Positions 59,125 to 64,000 of a stretch of DNA of 64,000 nucleotides are shown here, piece by piece. How positions within the stretch are numbered: position 1 is the first letter of the stretch; each line of letters starts with the position of its first letter. The DNA lies in NCBI GenBank assembly GCA_965221905.1, contig OZ244922.1, positions 1,344,001-1,408,000 on the forward strand, in the 5' to 3' direction. The notes beneath the pieces were generated by a model, which ran no database searches, was not told where the DNA came from, and saw only the letters and a list, made by a program, of their open reading frames with translations. The position numbers and the translations under genes are program-made. This stretch comes from Chloroflexota bacterium (GTDB taxonomy: Bacteria > Chloroflexota > UBA11872 > VXOZ01).

Positions 59125-59260
59125 CAGGCACAGGGGCCGTGTGGGCAATCGACTGCCATTGCGGCGGGGCTCAATGCCATTTTGCGGAGAAGTGTCTTGA
59201 GTGCGAATTAAGGTGCGAGAACCGCGTTGTCACGGTCAGACCGGTTCAGCCCGCGAGCGC

Positions 59261-60067
59261 TTAGCTAGACGGCTCTCTACGTTCGGTGAGCAGTGTCTCC
59301 GCCAAATTCGCCATCCCTCTTACCTGCCGCACGTGATCGTCGTAGGCATCCATCGGAGTGCGCGTGTCAATGTACTCAACGGCGAGCGGTCCCGAGAAAC
59401 CGTGCTGCGTGAGGCCGCGCAGGATTTCGGCGAAATCGACGCACCCTTTACCGGGCGGCATTTGGATCTTTTCAGGTGAGTTTCCGGCATCGCGCAGGTG
59501 GACGATTTGCGTATGTGGATACGTGATAGAGAAATCGCGGCCTTGCCACGGCCCGGCATGGTAGTGCGATGGATCGAGGGTGAGTCCAAGGTTTGGCACA
59601 GACTCTACCAGGCGCACGGCCACCGCCGGTAATTCGGTGAGACAGTTGACGTGTGTTTCGAGACAGAGAGTCACGTTGTAGGAGGCAGCGATGGCGGTGA
59701 ACGAACGGAACTCGGTGGTGGCAACGCCCAGAGGAGTATTTCTCGCAGGTGCATTGATGCAGATTGCGGGCAGATCATGGGTAGCAGCGAGCGCACATAC
59801 GGCTGTCGTTTGCTGCTCGAGTGAGACGTCTGCGTTCCGTTCAATGCCCACATTCATTGCACCTAGTGCGACGTTTGCTGCTTCCAAGCTACGACTTAGT
59901 GAGTCTGAGAAGCGCTGCCCGGAGCTAACAAGCTCCGGTGCATTCACGTGCGCCCAGCGCTGGACGCCCAGATCGACATAACGAAAGCCAAGTTGCGCAA
60001 TGCGCTGTAGGGCCCCATCAAGCGGATGCTGTGTGAAGCAGAGCGTGGAACAGGCGAGTTCCAGCAT
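59261..60067 (-). CDS. Sugar phosphate isomerase/epimerase (TIM barrel)
   Basis: LETH, LTLDPSH, HLRDA, G.G.VDF, GPLAVEY. Confidence 0.82.
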   Translation of the reverse strand: MLELACSTLCFTQHPLDGALQRIAQLGFRYVDLGVQRWAHVNAPELVSSGQRFSDSLSRSLEAANVALGAMNVGIERNADVSLEQQTTAVCALAATHDLPAICINAPARNTPLGVATTEFRSFTAIAASYNVTLCLETHVNCLTELPAVAVRLVESVPNLGLTLDPSHYHAGPWQGRDFSITYPHTQIVHLRDAGNSPEKIQMPPGKGCVDFAEILRGLTQHGFSGPLAVEYIDTRTPMDAYDDHVRQVRGMANLAETLLTERREPSS

Positions 60068-60218
60068 GTTGGGCTACGTACTCCTATTGCCAAGGGGCTT
60101 CACTGTGGCCTCACAATGCTCTTCCACTGCCCACTACCCAAAATTGCTGCCTCGTGGTTGTGGGCTACTTTGAGTTGTGACCGGAAGTCATCTATACGTG
60201 CGGAACGGATAGCTCACT

Positions 60219-60932
60219 TTACGGTACAGGTTGCAAACCTGTGCTACCCTCATGCCTGCCGATTACCATCATCTTATTGGCTCCCTTGAGAAACTCATAC
60301 GGTACGGTGCGAACTGTGGTGTGGAAGCCCTCACGACGGAGCGTCGCCAGCGCCGGGCGGAGGTGCGGCGAGACTTGACCTTCCAGATTCAGGAGGGGAA
60401 AGACGCGGACTTCCCTCGCGACACGGCAAAGCTCGCGCAGAGCCATTAGGTGAAACGCTTCGCCCAATTGCTCTGAGTAGAGGAAAAGAAAATTGGAGCA
60501 GAGTGCAAGGTCGAAGGCGTTATCTGCAAATGCGATGCGAGGGAGCGCAGAGGCGACGTACCGATTGCCTTGATTGCCGCGCGCAAAGTCGCGCAGGAAG
60601 GCTTCCATAGCCTCCATCCGCAACTCGCCCAGCGCCTCGATTGACGGTATCGTATCCCACACGAAATTGACCCGCGTCGCAGGCATCTGGCCCATGATTG
60701 TCTCGAAGGTTGCGGCAACGCGCTGGCGAATTTCGTGGTCGGTGAATACGTAGATGGGATCACAAGAGACGACCCGGTAGCCGCGAGCCGTCATCTCTGC
60801 GTTGAAGCTCGCAGGGCCGTCTGCGCAGCCAAGGATGCGTTTTTCAAAGTCTTCTGTGCTGAGAGAGAACATGCCCACGTACTCAGCCAGCGAGCGACCC
60901 CATGGTAAGACGTGAGACAACTGCACGCCCAT
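60219..60932 (-). CDS. SAM-dependent methyltransferase-like protein
   Basis: PWGRSL.EY..MF, GCADGPASFN, FDLALCS.FLF.Y, EL.RVA.EVR.FPL, YEF.KG. Confidence 0.8.
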   Translation of the reverse strand: MGVQLSHVLPWGRSLAEYVGMFSLSTEDFEKRILGCADGPASFNAEMTARGYRVVSCDPIYVFTDHEIRQRVAATFETIMGQMPATRVNFVWDTIPSIEALGELRMEAMEAFLRDFARGNQGNRYVASALPRIAFADNAFDLALCSNFLFLYSEQLGEAFHLMALRELCRVAREVRVFPLLNLEGQVSPHLRPALATLRREGFHTTVRTVPYEFLKGANKMMVIGRHEGSTGLQPVP

Positions 60933-60950
60933 GCGGCGCCCCTTTTGTGG

Positions 60951-61772
60951 CTATTGTGTGTGGGCAGTCGCCTCGCGCATAGCGCGTACCAGGTCTGTTA
61001 GGGCCCCGTAACGCTCGGCAGCGGGGGTCTCATCCAAGATGTTAATCAACGCGCTTGCGCTGACTACGCCCTCAGCCATCTGAGCAATCGTGGCCACGTG
61101 CGCGGGCCGCGACACGCCGAAGCCCACAGCCAGCGGCAGGTCGGTGTGTCCCCGCACGCGGGCCAAGAATTCAGGCAGCGTGGTAGAGAGCTGGTCGCGT
61201 GCGCCGGTGACGCCCGTGAGCGACACGCAGTAGACGAAGCCGCTGCCGGCTTGTACGTTCGCCTCGATGCGCGAATCAGTGCTGGTAGGCGCCAAGAGCG
61301 GAATGAGGTCGAGGTCGTGTGCCCTGGCAAGAGTCGCAAATTCCTGACCCTCTTCCGGCGGCAGGTCCGGCACGATGAAGCCGTCGAGACCGATGGCTTT
61401 CGCTTCAGCGACAACGCGCTCTAAGCCGTAGTGCAGGAAGGGATTGTAATAGCCCATGAAAACGAGTGGTGTGGTCACATTCTCCGCCCGCAATTCACGT
61501 ACGAGGTCGAACGCCATAGCGAGTGTGGTGCCCTGATCAAGTGCCGTTTGCGAAGCGTGTTGGATTGTTGCCCCGTCGGCAAGCGGATCGGAGAAAGGAA
61601 TGCCAAGCTCCACCACGTCAGAGCCGCCGGCAAGCAAGGCGCGCACAACGTGCGCAGAGTCCGCCGGCGTGGGGTACCCAACGGTGGCAAACGTAATCAA
61701 CGCGGCCCGGTTCTCCGCTTTGGTTTGGGCGAATGTCGCGGCAAGTCGGTGTCTGCGACGAAGTCGGCTCAC
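60951..61772 (-). CDS. trpA: Tryptophan synthase alpha chain
   Basis: [41 protein letters not shown]. Confidence 0.97.
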   Translation of the reverse strand: MSRLRRRHRLAATFAQTKAENRAALITFATVGYPTPADSAHVVRALLAGGSDVVELGIPFSDPLADGATIQHASQTALDQGTTLAMAFDLVRELRAENVTTPLVFMGYYNPFLHYGLERVVAEAKAIGLDGFIVPDLPPEEGQEFATLARAHDLDLIPLLAPTSTDSRIEANVQAGSGFVYCVSLTGVTGARDQLSTTLPEFLARVRGHTDLPLAVGFGVSRPAHVATIAQMAEGVVSASALINILDETPAAERYGALTDLVRAMREATAHTQ

Positions 61773-62968
61773 AGCGCCACCCCCAGTCCTTCAGCGACGA
61801 TGGTCATGTCTTTGTCTCCCCGGCCGGAGAGATTGATCAGGATAATGTGATCCTGCGGCAGGTCGCGCGCCATTTGCACGGCGTGGTACACGGCGTGGGC
61901 GGATTCAAGCGCGGGGATGATGCCTTCAGTTTTGCATAGAAGCTGGAAGCCCTCCAAAGATTGCTCGTCGGTCACGCCAACGTATTCTGCCCGCCCGATA
62001 TCCTTCAGGTAGCTGTGTTCGGGGCCAACGCCGGGGTAGTCCAGTCCCGCGGAAATGCTGTGGGGTTCATAGATCTGGCCCTCGTCGTCCTGCAGTAAGT
62101 AGCTTTTGGCGCCGTGGAGCGTGCCGGGTGTGCCTGCCACCAGCGTCGCCGCGTGCTCGCCGCTTTCGATGCCATGCCCGGCGGCTTCCACGCCCACCAG
62201 GCGCACCGCGGTGTCGTCCACAAAGGGATGGAAGATGCCCATGGCGTTGCTGCCGCCGCCAACACATGCCACTATGTCGTTGGGCAAGCGCCCAAGTTGC
62301 GTCAAGCACTGTTCGCGCGCTTCTTTGCCAATGACACTTTGCAGGTCGCGCACAATTGTCGGATAGGGGTGCGGGCCCACCACGGAGCCTATGATATAGT
62401 GCGTGGTCTCAACGTTGGTGACCCAGTCGCGGATGGTCTCGTTGATGGCGTCCTTAAGCGTGCGGCTGCCGGATAGTACCGGTACGACGGTCGTGCCGAG
62501 CAGCTTCATACGGAAGACGTTGAGCGTTTGGCGATACACGTCAACCTCGCCCATGTAGACGATACACTCGAGGCCGAGCATCGCGCACGCGGCAGCCGTA
62601 GCCACGCCGTGCTGTCCGGCGCCGGTCTCGGCGATGATGCGGTTGCGACCAAGGCGCTTGGCAAGCAACGCTTGACCGAGAGCGTTATTGATTTTGTGTG
62701 CGCCGGTATGCGCCAGGTCCTCGCGTTTGAGGTAAATCTGCGCGCCGCCGATCTCAGCACTCAAGCGGGCGGCGTGATAAATCGGCGTGGGGCGTCCCAC
62801 GTAGTGGTCCAGTAAATCGTTAAGCTCGCTTTGGAACTCAGCGTCGTCGGTGATGCTAGCGTAGGCTTCCTCTAATTCCTCGAGCGCTGGAATTACGGTC
62901 TCGGGAACATAGCGACCGCCGTAGTCACCGAACTGCCCCCGTACGGTCAGTGATGGTGTTGTTGCCAT
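61769..62968 (-). CDS. trpB: Tryptophan synthase beta chain
   Basis: [53 protein letters not shown]. Confidence 0.98.
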   Translation of the reverse strand: MATTPSLTVRGQFGDYGGRYVPETVIPALEELEEAYASITDDAEFQSELNDLLDHYVGRPTPIYHAARLSAEIGGAQIYLKREDLAHTGAHKINNALGQALLAKRLGRNRIIAETGAGQHGVATAAACAMLGLECIVYMGEVDVYRQTLNVFRMKLLGTTVVPVLSGSRTLKDAINETIRDWVTNVETTHYIIGSVVGPHPYPTIVRDLQSVIGKEAREQCLTQLGRLPNDIVACVGGGSNAMGIFHPFVDDTAVRLVGVEAAGHGIESGEHAATLVAGTPGTLHGAKSYLLQDDEGQIYEPHSISAGLDYPGVGPEHSYLKDIGRAEYVGVTDEQSLEGFQLLCKTEGIIPALESAHAVYHAVQMARDLPQDHIILINLSGRGDKDMTIVAEGLGVAL

Positions 62969-63050
62969 GGGAGCGCTCCTTTTGCTATCCCTTACCCCGT
63001 GTGCGAGGTACGTAGTAGTGGTAAGTCTTCGTTTGCACGTGCGTTCGCGC

Positions 63051-64000
<950 letters not shown>

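Noticed and set aside
62969-63050. trp attenuator or T-box
   Set aside because: No Trp-codon leader peptide or T-box motif in the short spacer

Overview
Bacterial chromosomal window, GC-rich overall with some more AT-rich stretches. The gene content is consistent with Chloroflexota (tandem Yip1 proteins, orphan Tat/lipoprotein ABC solute-binding proteins, a small SWIM protein next to smpB, K+-independent HppA); this taxonomy is inferred, not shown. Housekeeping genes are hisC, hppA, smpB, trpS-trpB-trpA and two tRNA-Gly(TCC). The window also has a catabolic cluster (PhyH dioxygenase, TIM-barrel isomerase, AKR, amidohydrolase, MFS), an ABC-2 exporter, a sulfur-scavenging-type module (ABC transporter, AprA/AsfA-like flavoprotein, ferredoxin, divergent rhodanese) and envelope glycosylation genes (YfhO-like GT-C, Wzx-like flippase). 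The most unusual element is an 11.8-kb head-to-tail array of five paralogous polytopic membrane proteins (43979-55800). Each has a GT-C-like membrane domain followed by one or two copies of a ~115-aa two-Cys domain I cannot name, and the paralogs look mosaic. Other oddities: a whole tRNA-plus-promoter duplication bracketing an SBP gene and a DegT pseudogene; a pair of small 'IAIAAKWGSFS' membrane paralogs; and many REP/MITE-like palindromes, several tied to local tandem duplications. I found no integrase, transposase, cas gene, CRISPR array or reverse transcriptase. All calls come from reading motifs by eye; no database searches were run.
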